Assembly (NCBI GenBank): GCA_964636275.1
Contig: CAZWRN010000003.1
Span: forward strand, 4,423-68,422
Direction: 5' to 3'
DNA from: an uncultured Gammaproteobacteria bacterium
GTDB lineage: Bacteria; Patescibacteriota; Microgenomatia; Daviesbacterales; UBA10151
DNA: 64,000 nt
Numbering within the stretch: position 1 is the stretch's first letter; the number at the start of each line of letters is the position of its first letter. This document shows, piece by piece, positions 33,874-44,159 of the stretch. The notes under the pieces were generated by a model. It did no database searches. It saw nothing but the letters and a program-made list of their open reading frames with translations, and had not been told where the DNA came from. The position numbers were made by a program, and so were the translations under genes.

Positions 33874-34062
33874 ATGTGTTACAACTGCGGATGCCATATG
33901 CCAGAAGACGATATGGGACTTGGCTCGGCCGGTAAAGACCCTAAAGGTAAATCCATAACCGAAGAAACTTTCAAAGCAGCAGCTGAATCTCAGGGAATGA
34001 CCGTTAAAGAAGCAAAAGAAGAAACTTTAAAATTACTTAAAAAAGAGCTTGGTTATAAATAA
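33874..34062 (+). CDS. Small protein with N-terminal CxxCxC motif
   Basis: MCYNCGCH; TATACT 6 nt before the ATG. Confidence 0.75.
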   Translation: MCYNCGCHMPEDDMGLGSAGKDPKGKSITEETFKAAAESQGMTVKEAKEETLKLLKKELGYK

Positions 34063-34083
34063 TATTTCAAACCCTCGCCTGTT

Positions 34084-35169
34084 CTATTCTATATCGCAGC
34101 GGTTCTCACGATAGTTTTTGGTATATCCGATATTACAACTCCAACCATCTGTGTTCATCTCTAAATGCGCATTGTCTGGTAAACTTACTTTCCGGCAAAC
34201 TTGAGAACCAAAATCTTTGATATATCCTAATTTACAAGTCCAAGAGCTTCCTTGCCAGACTATATGCTCAGTCGTAAACTTCTCACATTTATCACCTTTT
34301 CTGATATAACTACTAATACAACTCCAGCCATCAATCGATGAATTATCAAGTCTCGCATTTTCAGGGACTACGACCTTCACACACTTTCTAAGCTCTTCAT
34401 TTCGTTTATAGCCTGATTCACAGTAAAACTGGCTCCCATGTTCATAAAATGTGCCATGCTCAACTACTTCTACTTTGACGCATCGATCACTTTGTTTATC
34501 GTATCCGGGATCACACTCAAATCCTTCTGCGGTGACTTGACCATAATGCGGTACAAAGATTGATTCACAGCTATTTTTTTCACGATTTTTCACAAAACCT
34601 TTATTACATTGCCAATCATTACCTAAATACGTCAAATGAGCATTAGCAGGGATTTCAAACTTTTTACATTCACTCCCCTCTTTTCTAAATTGATTGTTAC
34701 AGTACCAGTCAAAACCCTGGTCAAAAAATTTAGCATCCTTAGGCAGTTCAACTTTGACACATTTGTCTTCAATTCTCTGATAAGTAGCTATACACGTCCA
34801 ATCATTACCAGTCGCTTCAAGCACCGCATTTTCTGGCAATCTTAATTCGTTACACTGATCATTTTCTCGGATATAGCCCCGTTCACAAACAAAATCATCA
34901 CCTGAATAATTAAGTTTAGCATGCTCTGGAATCACTACTTTTTGACATAGATTTTGAGAAGCAATTTTTTTATACCCTACCTGACAGAGCCAATCTGTTT
35001 TTTGAGAGTTTAAAACACCATTCTCCGGTATGTTTATCTTTTCACACTCCCCACTCGCAAAGTTAAACTTTTGCTCCGAAGGACAGCTGACAGCGAAAGT
35101 AGGATGAGGAAATATAAAATTTATAACGACAATAAAAATTATAATAGTTATATTTAGTAAGTAATTCAT
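34084..35169 (-). CDS. Secreted cysteine-rich tandem-repeat protein
   Basis: Signal peptide ending FA|VS, then about 10 repeats of ~31 aa (W/F-x-C-xx-G-Y/F...C-x-K-x-x-x-P-x-N/H-A), 22 Cys; ATG overlaps the RND TGA. Confidence 0.85.
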   Translation of the reverse strand: MNYLLNITIIIFIVVINFIFPHPTFAVSCPSEQKFNFASGECEKINIPENGVLNSQKTDWLCQVGYKKIASQNLCQKVVIPEHAKLNYSGDDFVCERGYIRENDQCNELRLPENAVLEATGNDWTCIATYQRIEDKCVKVELPKDAKFFDQGFDWYCNNQFRKEGSECKKFEIPANAHLTYLGNDWQCNKGFVKNREKNSCESIFVPHYGQVTAEGFECDPGYDKQSDRCVKVEVVEHGTFYEHGSQFYCESGYKRNEELRKCVKVVVPENARLDNSSIDGWSCISSYIRKGDKCEKFTTEHIVWQGSSWTCKLGYIKDFGSQVCRKVSLPDNAHLEMNTDGWSCNIGYTKNYRENRCDIE

Positions 35170-38100
35170 TTGCGAGCGGGTGCTTTGGGAGCAAAGATCA
35201 AATAATAAACCACGGGGATGAAAAACAACATTATAGTTCCAGAGAAAGTTAAACCCGCGATGATCGCTCCTCCCAAACCTCTCCACAGAGGATCCGAGAT
35301 AGTTATTGGAATCAGTCCAGCAATGGTACAGACTGAAGTTAAAGCAATTGGCTCAAGTCGGGAGGCTGCTGCATCAGCAACCGACTCTGAAAACTCCATA
35401 CCAGATTCCTGATTGATCAAAATCTTATCAACCACCAAGATCGAATTTTTCACCACTATTCCGAATAAAGCTAAAATACCGATCAAAGCTGGGAATGACA
35501 GCGGAATCTGAGCCATTGCAAAGATAATAAATACACCAGATATAGAAAGTGGGATAACAAGCATGACTATCAATGCCCGTCTAAAAGATTTAAACTGCAG
35601 CACCATCGTGATAATAATCAGTAAAAATGACAAAATCATCGCTCGTAGTATCGAGTTTACGGATTCCTGATTTTCTTCATTCACCCCACCGGTAGCCCAA
35701 CCATATCCAGTCGGTAAATTGAGTGAGTTCGCATACTCTTCTAGTTTGGTGTTAATATCAGCTAGCACATATCCTTCTTGAACACCAGCTGAAACAGAGA
35801 TCGTTCTTTTACCATCTTCTCGAGTAATCAACGTTGGATTGGTAGCAAGCTCCAGTTTACCCAAAGCTGAAAGATGCACTGTTCCACCGGTTTGGGTTGG
35901 AATAACAAGTGTTGTGATATCTTCCACAGTTTGGGTTCCAGATCCCAAACGGATAGTGACATCTTCAGTCAGATCTTGGTCACCAGAAAACTTTAGCTCA
36001 TCTGCCTCAAAACCAGAGGCATACAATCGTAGCCAAAAACCAAGCTGATCAACCGTGATATTATTTTCAGCCAGCTTAGCTCGATCTGGTACAAAAGTCA
36101 GCTTACTCGTGCCTGGTTTAATGGATTTATTGATATTATTTACACCAGCTTGCTGTGACAAATAATCCTGAATACTGTTGGCGTATTGATCCAGTGTCTT
36201 CAGATCCGGTCCAAATAGCTTGATCTGTAAATCTGCACCAGCTGGTGGACCTCCTGAAATCTCCTGAACAGAAAGAGTACCTTTAGTATAATCTGCAAAG
36301 TTATTGCGCAAATGTTGGGCTATCTCGGCGGAAGTCTGATCACGCTCTTCATATAAAGCCACTGAATAAAGGAAACTGTTTGCTCCTGACCCAGACGGCC
36401 CACCGAAATCAGCTCCATAACCTCTCCCAAGCTCCAACGTAACGGTTTCCATGGCCGGAGTAGATTTAAACCGCTCCAACAATCCCAGAGCCTCTTGTTT
36501 TGCAGTCTGAATATTTGTTCCAGAAGGCAGCTCTACTGATACGTAAATGGTATTTTCATCTGAGCCTGGGAAAAATTCTGACTTTACTAGACCGAGTGGA
36601 ACCAAAGCATATGAAAATAGTGAAAAGATAACCACCATAATTATGGTGTTTCTTCTGGCTTTTTTAGAGACCAGGATCCGATGAATAAGTTTGTTGTAGG
36701 AACGTTCGATCCCATGGAAACTAATTAATCCATTGTCCATCACCTGACTAAGTCGAGCTTTAGCACCAGGTGAGCGTAGAAAACCTTTGGTGAGTGCTCC
36801 AAGTAAAGCATCCCGTACCAGATACACAATCAAAACAAATGCCACCAACACAATCAGCTGTGGTACTAGCAAAGTTCCTTTGGGAATCAGGAAGTAAAAA
36901 CCGGCAACTATGCCCAGCAACAACAATACTCGAGTTAGTACTACGACTCGAAAAGGTATTTGCGGCTTCAACAGGAAGATCATTAAAGGCAAAATAATAA
37001 ATAAAGCCACAAAAATTGAAGCAATCAGGGTCGCCGATACGATAATAGGGATTGGTTTAATAAACTCACCAATGATTCCGGTTGAAAGAAGCAACGGAAT
37101 AAATGCCCAAACGGTCGTAATCGTGGTAGTTAAAATAGCTACCCAAAAATCTTTCCATACCAACAATCCGGTTTGCAAAGGGGTAAATTTACCTGAACGG
37201 TAATAAGCTGTCATAGCTGAAATCACCACGATTGCATCATCTACCAAAAGTCCTAGCGACAAAAGAAGTGAAAAAGTAGCCAAAAATGACAAAGCAATCC
37301 CAGTAAACTGCATGACAACAAAGGTGATTAAAAAGGTCAGTGGAATAGATAACATTGAAACAAATGCCTGCCTGATACCTAGGAAAAGCAAAAGAACAAT
37401 AAATACTAGTGTGATCACAATTGTGATATCACGCTGCAGATGATCAAAAGATTCGTCCACCTGTTCAGCAGTATTTACGATAGTAAAAACCTGAAAACCA
37501 TTACCACTGTGCGCCAATTTTTCCTTTACTTTTTCTTCAGCCTCTTTATTGGCTACATCAAAATTAACCCCTGAAACTCGATACACGGAAAAGGTCACTG
37601 CCGAACTTACTTCATGATCATGCAGCAAGAAAGACTCTGTTTGGTCTGGTTTTGAGATCTCCCTAATCTCAGCAATTTCTACCAATGACACAACTTGGCC
37701 ATCTAAATTAACTTTGGTTTCACGCAGCTGATCAATCGAACTGACCGCAGGATCAATAGTCAAAGAAAATATAGAGTTATCAGTTTTTACATTTCCTGCA
37801 GGATATGAACTAATCGAGCTTTTAATTGCTCCCATTAAAACCTGTGGGTTGACTCCATAAGTTGTAATTGCCGTGGGCTTAACTACGATCTGAACCTCTT
37901 GTTCATCAAGTCCGGTGATCTCAACATTATCAATACTGGCTAGATCTTCCAGCTCTTTCTGCAAATCTCGAGAAAATCGGATCAGACTTCCCCGATCTTT
38001 AGCTCCTGCCAAAGAAAACGTCCAAATAGGTTGATTTTCAAAATCAAGTTTTTGAACATTTGGATCCAAAGCATCTTCTGGTAAGTCGCCAACTGCATCC

Positions 38101-38489
38101 ACTGCCGACTGCACATCTGATTTAGCTTTATCAGCATCATATCCAGATTCAAATTCGATTTGAACTACAGATGCAGATTCACGAGATGTTGAAGTTACCG
38201 TCTTTACTCCATCTACACCTCTCACTGCATCCTCTACCGGTACAGTGATCAGTGATTCAATATCAGCTGGATTTGCTCCCGGTAATACAGTGGAAATAAT
38301 AACAATCGGTATCTTAATTTCTGGATTGAGGGTTCGCGGTAGAGCAAAGTAGGCCTGGGTACCAAAAGCAATAACACCCAAGACGATTAATACCAAAAAT
38401 CGGAGGTTGGTTAGATAACTGGCAACCCACCCAGCTAGCAACCTTGGATCAAATTTGAGTTTGCTTAAATACGTTGATGCAGTATCCAT
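35166..38489 (-). CDS. RND efflux transporter permease (AcrB-like)
   Basis: PGANPADIE, GLLVDDAIVV, GIIGEF, GIVVKNSILVVD, SRLEPIALTS. Confidence 0.95.
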   Translation of the reverse strand: MDTASTYLSKLKFDPRLLAGWVASYLTNLRFLVLIVLGVIAFGTQAYFALPRTLNPEIKIPIVIISTVLPGANPADIESLITVPVEDAVRGVDGVKTVTSTSRESASVVQIEFESGYDADKAKSDVQSAVDAVGDLPEDALDPNVQKLDFENQPIWTFSLAGAKDRGSLIRFSRDLQKELEDLASIDNVEITGLDEQEVQIVVKPTAITTYGVNPQVLMGAIKSSISSYPAGNVKTDNSIFSLTIDPAVSSIDQLRETKVNLDGQVVSLVEIAEIREISKPDQTESFLLHDHEVSSAVTFSVYRVSGVNFDVANKEAEEKVKEKLAHSGNGFQVFTIVNTAEQVDESFDHLQRDITIVITLVFIVLLLFLGIRQAFVSMLSIPLTFLITFVVMQFTGIALSFLATFSLLLSLGLLVDDAIVVISAMTAYYRSGKFTPLQTGLLVWKDFWVAILTTTITTVWAFIPLLLSTGIIGEFIKPIPIIVSATLIASIFVALFIILPLMIFLLKPQIPFRVVVLTRVLLLLGIVAGFYFLIPKGTLLVPQLIVLVAFVLIVYLVRDALLGALTKGFLRSPGAKARLSQVMDNGLISFHGIERSYNKLIHRILVSKKARRNTIIMVVIFSLFSYALVPLGLVKSEFFPGSDENTIYVSVELPSGTNIQTAKQEALGLLERFKSTPAMETVTLELGRGYGADFGGPSGSGANSFLYSVALYEERDQTSAEIAQHLRNNFADYTKGTLSVQEISGGPPAGADLQIKLFGPDLKTLDQYANSIQDYLSQQAGVNNINKSIKPGTSKLTFVPDRAKLAENNITVDQLGFWLRLYASGFEADELKFSGDQDLTEDVTIRLGSGTQTVEDITTLVIPTQTGGTVHLSALGKLELATNPTLITREDGKRTISVSAGVQEGYVLADINTKLEEYANSLNLPTGYGWATGGVNEENQESVNSILRAMILSFLLIIITMVLQFKSFRRALIVMLVIPLSISGVFIIFAMAQIPLSFPALIGILALFGIVVKNSILVVDKILINQESGMEFSESVADAAASRLEPIALTSVCTIAGLIPITISDPLWRGLGGAIIAGLTFSGTIMLFFIPVVYYLIFAPKAPARK

Positions 38490-38496
38490 ATGTTTA

Positions 38497-38615
38497 AAAA
38501 ATTCGAAATCCTAACTTCTAAATTCGAAACAATATCTAAATTCAAAATTAAAAACCTTTTGTCTTGATTTATTATTTCTAATTTTTCGGATTTCGTGATT
38601 CTAATTTCGAATTTA
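38497..38615. repeat. Inverted 7-bp periodic element (TTCGAA family)
   Basis: aaattcgaaatcctaacttctaaattcgaaac ... ttcggatttcgtgattctaatttcgaattt. Confidence 0.8.
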
Positions 38616-38618
38616 TAC

Positions 38619-40079
38619 TTAAGGTTTTACTTGTACTTGATCTCCTTCAACCACAGTTCGAGATAAAATCACTTCATCATTGGCTCCGATCCCATCGGTT
38701 ACTGCTACAAAACGACCCTGTACTTGTCCCAACTGGATTTTTCTAGATTTAGCTTTACCTTCACTAACAATATAAATCACGGACTCATCCTGAGTCTGAA
38801 AAATAGCATCAAGTGGGATAAATGGCACCACTGAGTTTGTATCTGGAGCACCAACTGGAATATCAATTTGAACAAATGATTTATCAGTAAAAAGCTCTTT
38901 ATATTCATCACCCAATACATATAACACTGAATACATTTGGCCGTTTGTGGCTTCAGAGGAAACATAGTATGGAGCCAAATCCAAAGTCTTTTCACCAATA
39001 TGAATAGTGGATTTTTCAAATTTCGAAATATTTTTAGCTGTTGATGCAGGCACCAAGGCATTTAAAACAATATCATCAGTGGTTTGATTTAAAGTAGCTA
39101 AGACGGTTCCAGGATTTACCGATTCTCCTACTCGAACATGAATTCGCTCAATAGTAGCGGCAAAAGGAGCCGCCGGATACATTTGAGCTTCAGTAATTTG
39201 CGACGCTAAGAGAGACAGATTGGAGATTTGTCTATTTGCCTCTAAAGATTTTTCTTGGATATCTAGATTTTTTAAAGTAATTTCCCTTCCCAAATCAGAC
39301 AATTGAGCTGGTGGTCGATCAGAAGCTGATTGATATTCAGCTTGACGAATTCCCTGTTTCAACTGATTGATAGCACCTAAAAATTGAGCTTTTTGACCAT
39401 TTAAACTAGCCTGAGCGGAACCAGTTGATTGCGAAATCTGTGCATCCAGAGAAGCTAACAAAGACTCATTTAAATCCAGCAAAGACCGAGATTCTTCTAA
39501 AGACCTGTTGGCAATATCACGAAGCTGATCAGCATTAGCATCGGTTCTTTCAGCAACTTCTCTTTGTTTTGAGATTAGATCTTTCTGAGTATCATATGTT
39601 TGATTGGAAAGATTATTTTGTGTCTGAGCAATTTGTCTGGCCACTGACAAAGCGTTTCCACCTTGGTAATTTGAGGCTAAACCGATCAGATTTTGACCTT
39701 TGCTGACAACATCTCCTTCAATTACATTGATATATGAAACAATACCAGGCATCTGGGCTACTACTTTAATCACTCCACTTTTTTCAACCTGAGCCTGTGT
39801 AGAGATTTTTGGTGAAGAACCTATTTTGAAAGTTTGAACAGATTTAACAGTCGCCTGTTTTGGTTGCTCTGTAGGTTTGGCTTTAAAAACAGTACTTCCT
39901 AACACAATCAAAGCTAATAAAATGATAAGTGATAAAAGAAAACTAACAAATGGACGCCTGGAAATAAATTTTGAAATTCTTTGAACACTTTTCTTACCCA
40001 AATAACCAATTCTGGAAAAAAAAGTTTTTACTTTAAGTAAGGATTGATTCATTGATAATTGTTTGTTTGAATTTGCCAT
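38619..40079 (-). CDS. RND periplasmic adaptor (membrane fusion protein)
   Basis: TM, lipoyl halves (PGIVSYINVIEGD; APFAATIERIHVRVGE), long coiled coil; upstream of the RND permease. Confidence 0.88.
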   Translation of the reverse strand: MANSNKQLSMNQSLLKVKTFFSRIGYLGKKSVQRISKFISRRPFVSFLLSLIILLALIVLGSTVFKAKPTEQPKQATVKSVQTFKIGSSPKISTQAQVEKSGVIKVVAQMPGIVSYINVIEGDVVSKGQNLIGLASNYQGGNALSVARQIAQTQNNLSNQTYDTQKDLISKQREVAERTDANADQLRDIANRSLEESRSLLDLNESLLASLDAQISQSTGSAQASLNGQKAQFLGAINQLKQGIRQAEYQSASDRPPAQLSDLGREITLKNLDIQEKSLEANRQISNLSLLASQITEAQMYPAAPFAATIERIHVRVGESVNPGTVLATLNQTTDDIVLNALVPASTAKNISKFEKSTIHIGEKTLDLAPYYVSSEATNGQMYSVLYVLGDEYKELFTDKSFVQIDIPVGAPDTNSVVPFIPLDAIFQTQDESVIYIVSEGKAKSRKIQLGQVQGRFVAVTDGIGANDEVILSRTVVEGDQVQVKP

Positions 40080-40240
40080 ATTTTGAAAATTGTATAGAAC
40101 GACAGACTTTATACAATATTTTGTACCACGTCAAGATAGAAGAGCCAGTATATATTATTATAGGTCCAAAGTCAATCTCAGTTGTCTTCATTTACGGATC
40201 TATTGCGCCTCAGACTCATTTTTACTACAATTACCGCGTT

Positions 40241-41155
40241 ATGGACGTCCATGCTACAAAAACAAATATTGATCACAATGTACCCAGTGATCTCTCAGAA
40301 CAAATAATTCAAGAAGAACATACTATTGAAAACAATCAACATGCAGCTTCTACTGAAGGTCATCCGACAGGAACTACCGAACATGCTGTCGAAGGAGGCC
40401 ATGGTGAAGGAGGCTCTTCACATATCGTTTTAGCTCCTGAAACATTGGGATATCTTGGACCTTTGCCAGTTACAAACACTTTACTTGTATCATGGATCGT
40501 AATGGCTATTTTGATCGCTTTAAGTATTGCTGCCACCAGAAAAACAGCCTTAGTCCCTGTTTCCCGGCTTCAAGGGATGTTTGAAATAGTGATTGATGCT
40601 GTTTATACCTTAGCCAAAGATTTAGCAGCCGATAAGGCCAAAGTTTTCTTTCCTATTGCACTGACTTTCTTTCTATTCATTTTTACAGCCAATTTATTAG
40701 GGCTTTTTCCAGGATTTGCCACCATTGGATTCAACCGAGTTGAAGAAGGTCATACCGTCTGGATTCCACTTCTGCGTTCTATGGGATCAGATCTAAATAT
40801 GACTTTAGGTCTAGCTTTAGTATCAGCTGGACTCACACACTACTACGCAGTTAAATACCTTGGTGTTGGTGGCTATCTCAAAAAATGGTTTTCTCTCAAT
40901 CCAATAATGCTTTTTGTGGGAGTTTTAGAGCTAGTTTCCGAAGTTACAAAGGTAGTCTCGCTTTCTTTCAGACTTTTTGGTAACATATTCGCCGGAGAGG
41001 TAGTATTAGCCACCATCTCAGGATTACTGGCCTTTATTGCTCCTCTACCGTTTTATTTTCTGGAATTAATTGTTGCATTTGTTCAGGCAGCTGTGTTTAT
41101 GATGCTAACACTAGTATTTATGGCTTTACTGTCTGAAAAACACGAAGCACACTAG
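40241..41155 (+). CDS. atpB: F0F1 ATP synthase subunit a
   Basis: NLLGLFPG, SLSFRLFGNIFAGE, LEL.VAFVQA.VF; start ATG 40241 after TTGCGC-N17-TACAAT. Confidence 0.95.
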   Translation: MDVHATKTNIDHNVPSDLSEQIIQEEHTIENNQHAASTEGHPTGTTEHAVEGGHGEGGSSHIVLAPETLGYLGPLPVTNTLLVSWIVMAILIALSIAATRKTALVPVSRLQGMFEIVIDAVYTLAKDLAADKAKVFFPIALTFFLFIFTANLLGLFPGFATIGFNRVEEGHTVWIPLLRSMGSDLNMTLGLALVSAGLTHYYAVKYLGVGGYLKKWFSLNPIMLFVGVLELVSEVTKVVSLSFRLFGNIFAGEVVLATISGLLAFIAPLPFYFLELIVAFVQAAVFMMLTLVFMALLSEKHEAH

Positions 41156-41157
41156 TA

Positions 41158-41281
41158 AATAAGCACGAAGCACTAATTTCGAAGCACGAAATAAATTCGA
41201 AATCAAAAAAATTAAATTTAAAACTTTTAATTTTATATTTTGAATTTGTTTCGAATTTCGAGATTCGAATTTCGAATTTAT
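41158..41281. repeat. Inverted 7-bp periodic element (TTCGAA family)
   Basis: aagcacg-aagcact-aatttcg-aagcacg-aaataaattcgaaatc ... tttcgaa-tttcgag-attcgaa-tttcgaa-ttt. Confidence 0.85.
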
Positions 41282-41299
41282 AAAGAAAGGAGTTAATAA

Positions 41300-41500
41300 A
41301 TGGAACTTAATGCTTCATTTACTATTGCTATTGGTGGTATTGCACCAGCTTTGGCAATCGGTTTAATTGGTATGAAAGCTATGGACGCCATCGGACGCAA
41401 TCCTGATGCGCAGTCTAAAGTTCTGCCAGCGATGCTTTTGGGCATGGCTTTTGCAGAAGCTATTGCGATTTACGCTTTAGTTATCGCTTTCACCATGTAA
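41300..41500 (+). CDS. atpE: F0F1 ATP synthase subunit c
   Basis: AIGRNPDA, AFAEAIAIYAL; AAGGAG SD; lacks the Na+-type Q...ES/T signature. Confidence 0.95.
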   Translation: MELNASFTIAIGGIAPALAIGLIGMKAMDAIGRNPDAQSKVLPAMLLGMAFAEAIAIYALVIAFTM

Positions 41501-41516
41501 TTCGCTACACAAAAAT

Positions 41517-41572
41517 GGTCATTCTGGTGAGTAGTAGCGGCTCCAGATGTAAATCTGAAATCCAGGATGGCT
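41517..41572. repeat. REP-like palindromic element
   Basis: ggtcattctgg ... ccaggatggct terminal inverted repeat with internal cagat/atctg hairpin. Confidence 0.5.
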
Positions 41573-41590
41573 TAGTTTCAAAAATTTAAC

Positions 41591-42079
41591 GTGGATAAAT
41601 TTATTAGTGATTTTGGGATTCAGCCCATTCTACTTCTAGCACAGATCGTCAATTTTGCGATCTTACTTTTCTTGCTCAAAAAGTTTCTTTATGGCCCAAT
41701 CATTAAAGTATTAGACAAAAGACGTGACACTATTGAGGAAAGTCTCAAAAACGCTGAAGAAATCGAACTAAAACTTGCAAAAACTGAGGAAGAATACCAA
41801 AAAAGAATTGATAAAGCATCTAAAGAATCTCGCGATATGATTGAAGAAACATCCAAAGCCACTCAGCACATGATGGCTGATGCCAAAGCTCAGGCAACTC
41901 TGGAAATGCAGGATATTTTAAAAAAGGGTCAAGAGTCTATTCAAATGGAAAGACAAAAAATGCAACAAGAGATGCGTTCTGAACTCACTCAATTAGTTAT
42001 CAATACACTCGAACAAGTCACTGGTAAAGTAGTATCGAAAAAAGATCAGATCGATATTATTGAAAAAGCAGTTAAATAA
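41591..42079 (+). CDS. atpF: F0F1 ATP synthase subunit b
   Basis: AQIVNFAILLFLLKKFLYGPI..LDKRR, coiled coil. Confidence 0.95.
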   Translation: MDKFISDFGIQPILLLAQIVNFAILLFLLKKFLYGPIIKVLDKRRDTIEESLKNAEEIELKLAKTEEEYQKRIDKASKESRDMIEETSKATQHMMADAKAQATLEMQDILKKGQESIQMERQKMQQEMRSELTQLVINTLEQVTGKVVSKKDQIDIIEKAVK

Positions 42080-42161
42080 GTGGCAAGTCGCCAGAGTCAA
42101 GTGACAAGGATTTTTTTAGTCACCCTAGACTCTTGACTCTAGTCACTTGAAACTAAATCTT
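42078..42161. repeat. Inverted 7-bp periodic element matching the four-helix-bundle gene flanks ('empty' copy)
   Basis: aagtggc-aagtcgc-cagagtc-aagtgac-aaggat ... ctagact-cttgact-ctagtca-cttgaaa-ctaaatc. Confidence 0.9.
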
Positions 42162-42554
42162 ATGAAAAAAAATAAAAAATTAGACAAAATCATCACTCAG
42201 GCCGTCCAGGCTTCTATCAAAAATGGAGCTATTGACCAGACCAAAGTAGCCCAATTTACAAAAAACTTTAAATCTTTCTCTCTCGAAGATGCTGTCTATA
42301 GTCTCAAAAAATACCAAAAAGGGCTGAAAAATTTTATCAGCCAACACACTATGACTATTTTTGCAGCTACTGAACTACCTAAAGAAACTTTAACCAAGAT
42401 TAAAAATTCATACAATTCTAATTCGAAATTAGAAGTTAGAAATTTGAAATTTCATTTAGACTCTTCCCTTTTGGCTGGGTTTAAGTTTAAAATTGGCGAT
42501 GAAGTATATGACAGCTCTCTAAGGAGATCTCTAGAAAAGCTAAAGATCCAATAG
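42162..42554 (+). CDS. atpH: F0F1 ATP synthase subunit delta (short form)
   Basis: C-terminal DSSLLAGFKFKIGDEVYDSSL; between atpF and atpA. Confidence 0.85.
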   Translation: MKKNKKLDKIITQAVQASIKNGAIDQTKVAQFTKNFKSFSLEDAVYSLKKYQKGLKNFISQHTMTIFAATELPKETLTKIKNSYNSNSKLEVRNLKFHLDSSLLAGFKFKIGDEVYDSSLRRSLEKLKIQ

Positions 42555-42559
42555 CTGTC

Positions 42560-42661
42560 AAAATTCTGATAACTAATTTCTAAAATCTAAACAATTAAAA
42601 TTTTAAAAGTTTAGGTATTTGGATTTATTTAGAAATTAGAAATTCGGATTTAGAAATTTAT
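42560..42661. repeat. Inverted 7-bp periodic element between atpH and atpA
   Basis: aaattctgataactaatttctaaaatctaaac ... tttagaa-attagaa-attcgga-tttagaa-attt. Confidence 0.8.
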
Positions 42662-42667
42662 AAATAT

Positions 42668-44155
42668 ATGGCAAATATTATAGAAGATATTGAAAAAGAT
42701 ATTAAAAACCTGAAGCTAAAAGCTTCCAAGCAAAACGTGGGTACTGTCACTGAAGTTGGTGATGGTATCGCCCGTATTGAAGGACTTTCACAGGTCCAGG
42801 CTTCTGAATTACTAGACTTTGGCAAAGGAATTTTTGGTTTAGCCCTCAATTTAGAAGAATACAATGTTGGTGCTGTTATCTTTGGTGATTACACCCAGGT
42901 AAAAGAAGGTCAGCAAGTCACCACAACCGGAAGAATTTTGGAAGTTCCAGTTGGTGATGAGCTGATTGGCCGAGTTGTTGACCCGCTTGGTCAGCCTCTT
43001 GATGGCAAAGGTCCTATTAAAACCAAAAAAATGTATCCAGTTGAAAAAATTGCTCCTGGTGTGATTACCCGAAAATCAGTCACTGTACCTCTCCAAACTG
43101 GTATTAAAGCAATTGACGGCATGATTCCAGTCGGACGAGGCCAGCGAGAACTGATCATTGGGGATAGAAATACCGGTAAAACAACTATTGCTGTAGATAC
43201 TATCATCAATCAGAAAGATGTGATCTGTATTTATGTGGCAATTGGTCAAAAAGTCTCCAAAATTGCTCAAATCGTAGCTAAACTAGAAGAAACTGGTGCA
43301 ATGAAACATACCGTTGTAGTCCTAGCATCTGCTTCAGATCCAGCACCTTTGCAATTTTTGGCTCCTTACTCTGGTACTTCAATGGGCGAATACTTCATGG
43401 ATCAAGGCCAAGATGCTTTGATTATTTATGACGATTTATCCAAACACGCCAATGCCTACAGACAGATGTCTCTGCTTCTCAGACGCCCTTCCGGACGTGA
43501 AGCTTACCCAGGTGACGTTTTTTACCTGCACTCTCGACTTTTGGAAAGATCAGCTCGACTAAATGAAGATTATGGCGGTGGTTCACTCACAGCTTTGCCA
43601 GTGATTGAAACCCAAGCTGGTGATATTTCAGCTTATATCCCCACCAATGTGATCTCCATTACCGATGGTCAGATCTTTTTAGAGCCGGATCTCTTTTTTG
43701 CCGGCGTCAGACCAGCTATTAGTGTCGGTCTGTCAGTTTCTCGTGTCGGTGGATCAGCTCAAACCAAAGCGATGAAGTCTGTAGCTGGTAAATTAAAGCT
43801 GGAACTGGCTCAGTATCGTTCGTTGCAAGCTTTTGCTCAGTTTTCATCTGATCTTGATCCGCAAACCAGAGCTCAGCTCGAACGAGGAAAAAGAATGTCC
43901 GAGCTCCTCAAACAACCAGCTTATTCCCCTATGCCAATGGAAGAGCAAGTAGTTGTCTTCTGGGCTGCTACCAATGGCTATTTGGACAATATCCCAGTTG
44001 AAAAAGTTCGCGATTTTGAAGTCCGACTTCTCCAAGACATGAAAGCCAGATACAAAAAAGTCATTTCTGAGATTGCAGAAAAAAAGGTTCTGGATGAAAA
44101 ACTAACTAAGGAATTGGAGAAAATCCTTAAAGACTTCACCAAGTCCTTCAAATAA
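42668..44155 (+). CDS. atpA: F0F1 ATP synthase subunit alpha
   Basis: [36 protein letters not shown]. Confidence 0.98.
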   Translation: MANIIEDIEKDIKNLKLKASKQNVGTVTEVGDGIARIEGLSQVQASELLDFGKGIFGLALNLEEYNVGAVIFGDYTQVKEGQQVTTTGRILEVPVGDELIGRVVDPLGQPLDGKGPIKTKKMYPVEKIAPGVITRKSVTVPLQTGIKAIDGMIPVGRGQRELIIGDRNTGKTTIAVDTIINQKDVICIYVAIGQKVSKIAQIVAKLEETGAMKHTVVVLASASDPAPLQFLAPYSGTSMGEYFMDQGQDALIIYDDLSKHANAYRQMSLLLRRPSGREAYPGDVFYLHSRLLERSARLNEDYGGGSLTALPVIETQAGDISAYIPTNVISITDGQIFLEPDLFFAGVRPAISVGLSVSRVGGSAQTKAMKSVAGKLKLELAQYRSLQAFAQFSSDLDPQTRAQLERGKRMSELLKQPAYSPMPMEEQVVVFWAATNGYLDNIPVEKVRDFEVRLLQDMKARYKKVISEIAEKKVLDEKLTKELEKILKDFTKSFK

Positions 44156-44159
44156 ACTC

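Noticed and set aside
40052-40240. Upstream extension of atpB and ORF 40090..40272
   Set aside because: Overlaps the divergent adaptor gene start and the promoter region; a -35/-10 pair points to ATG 40241.
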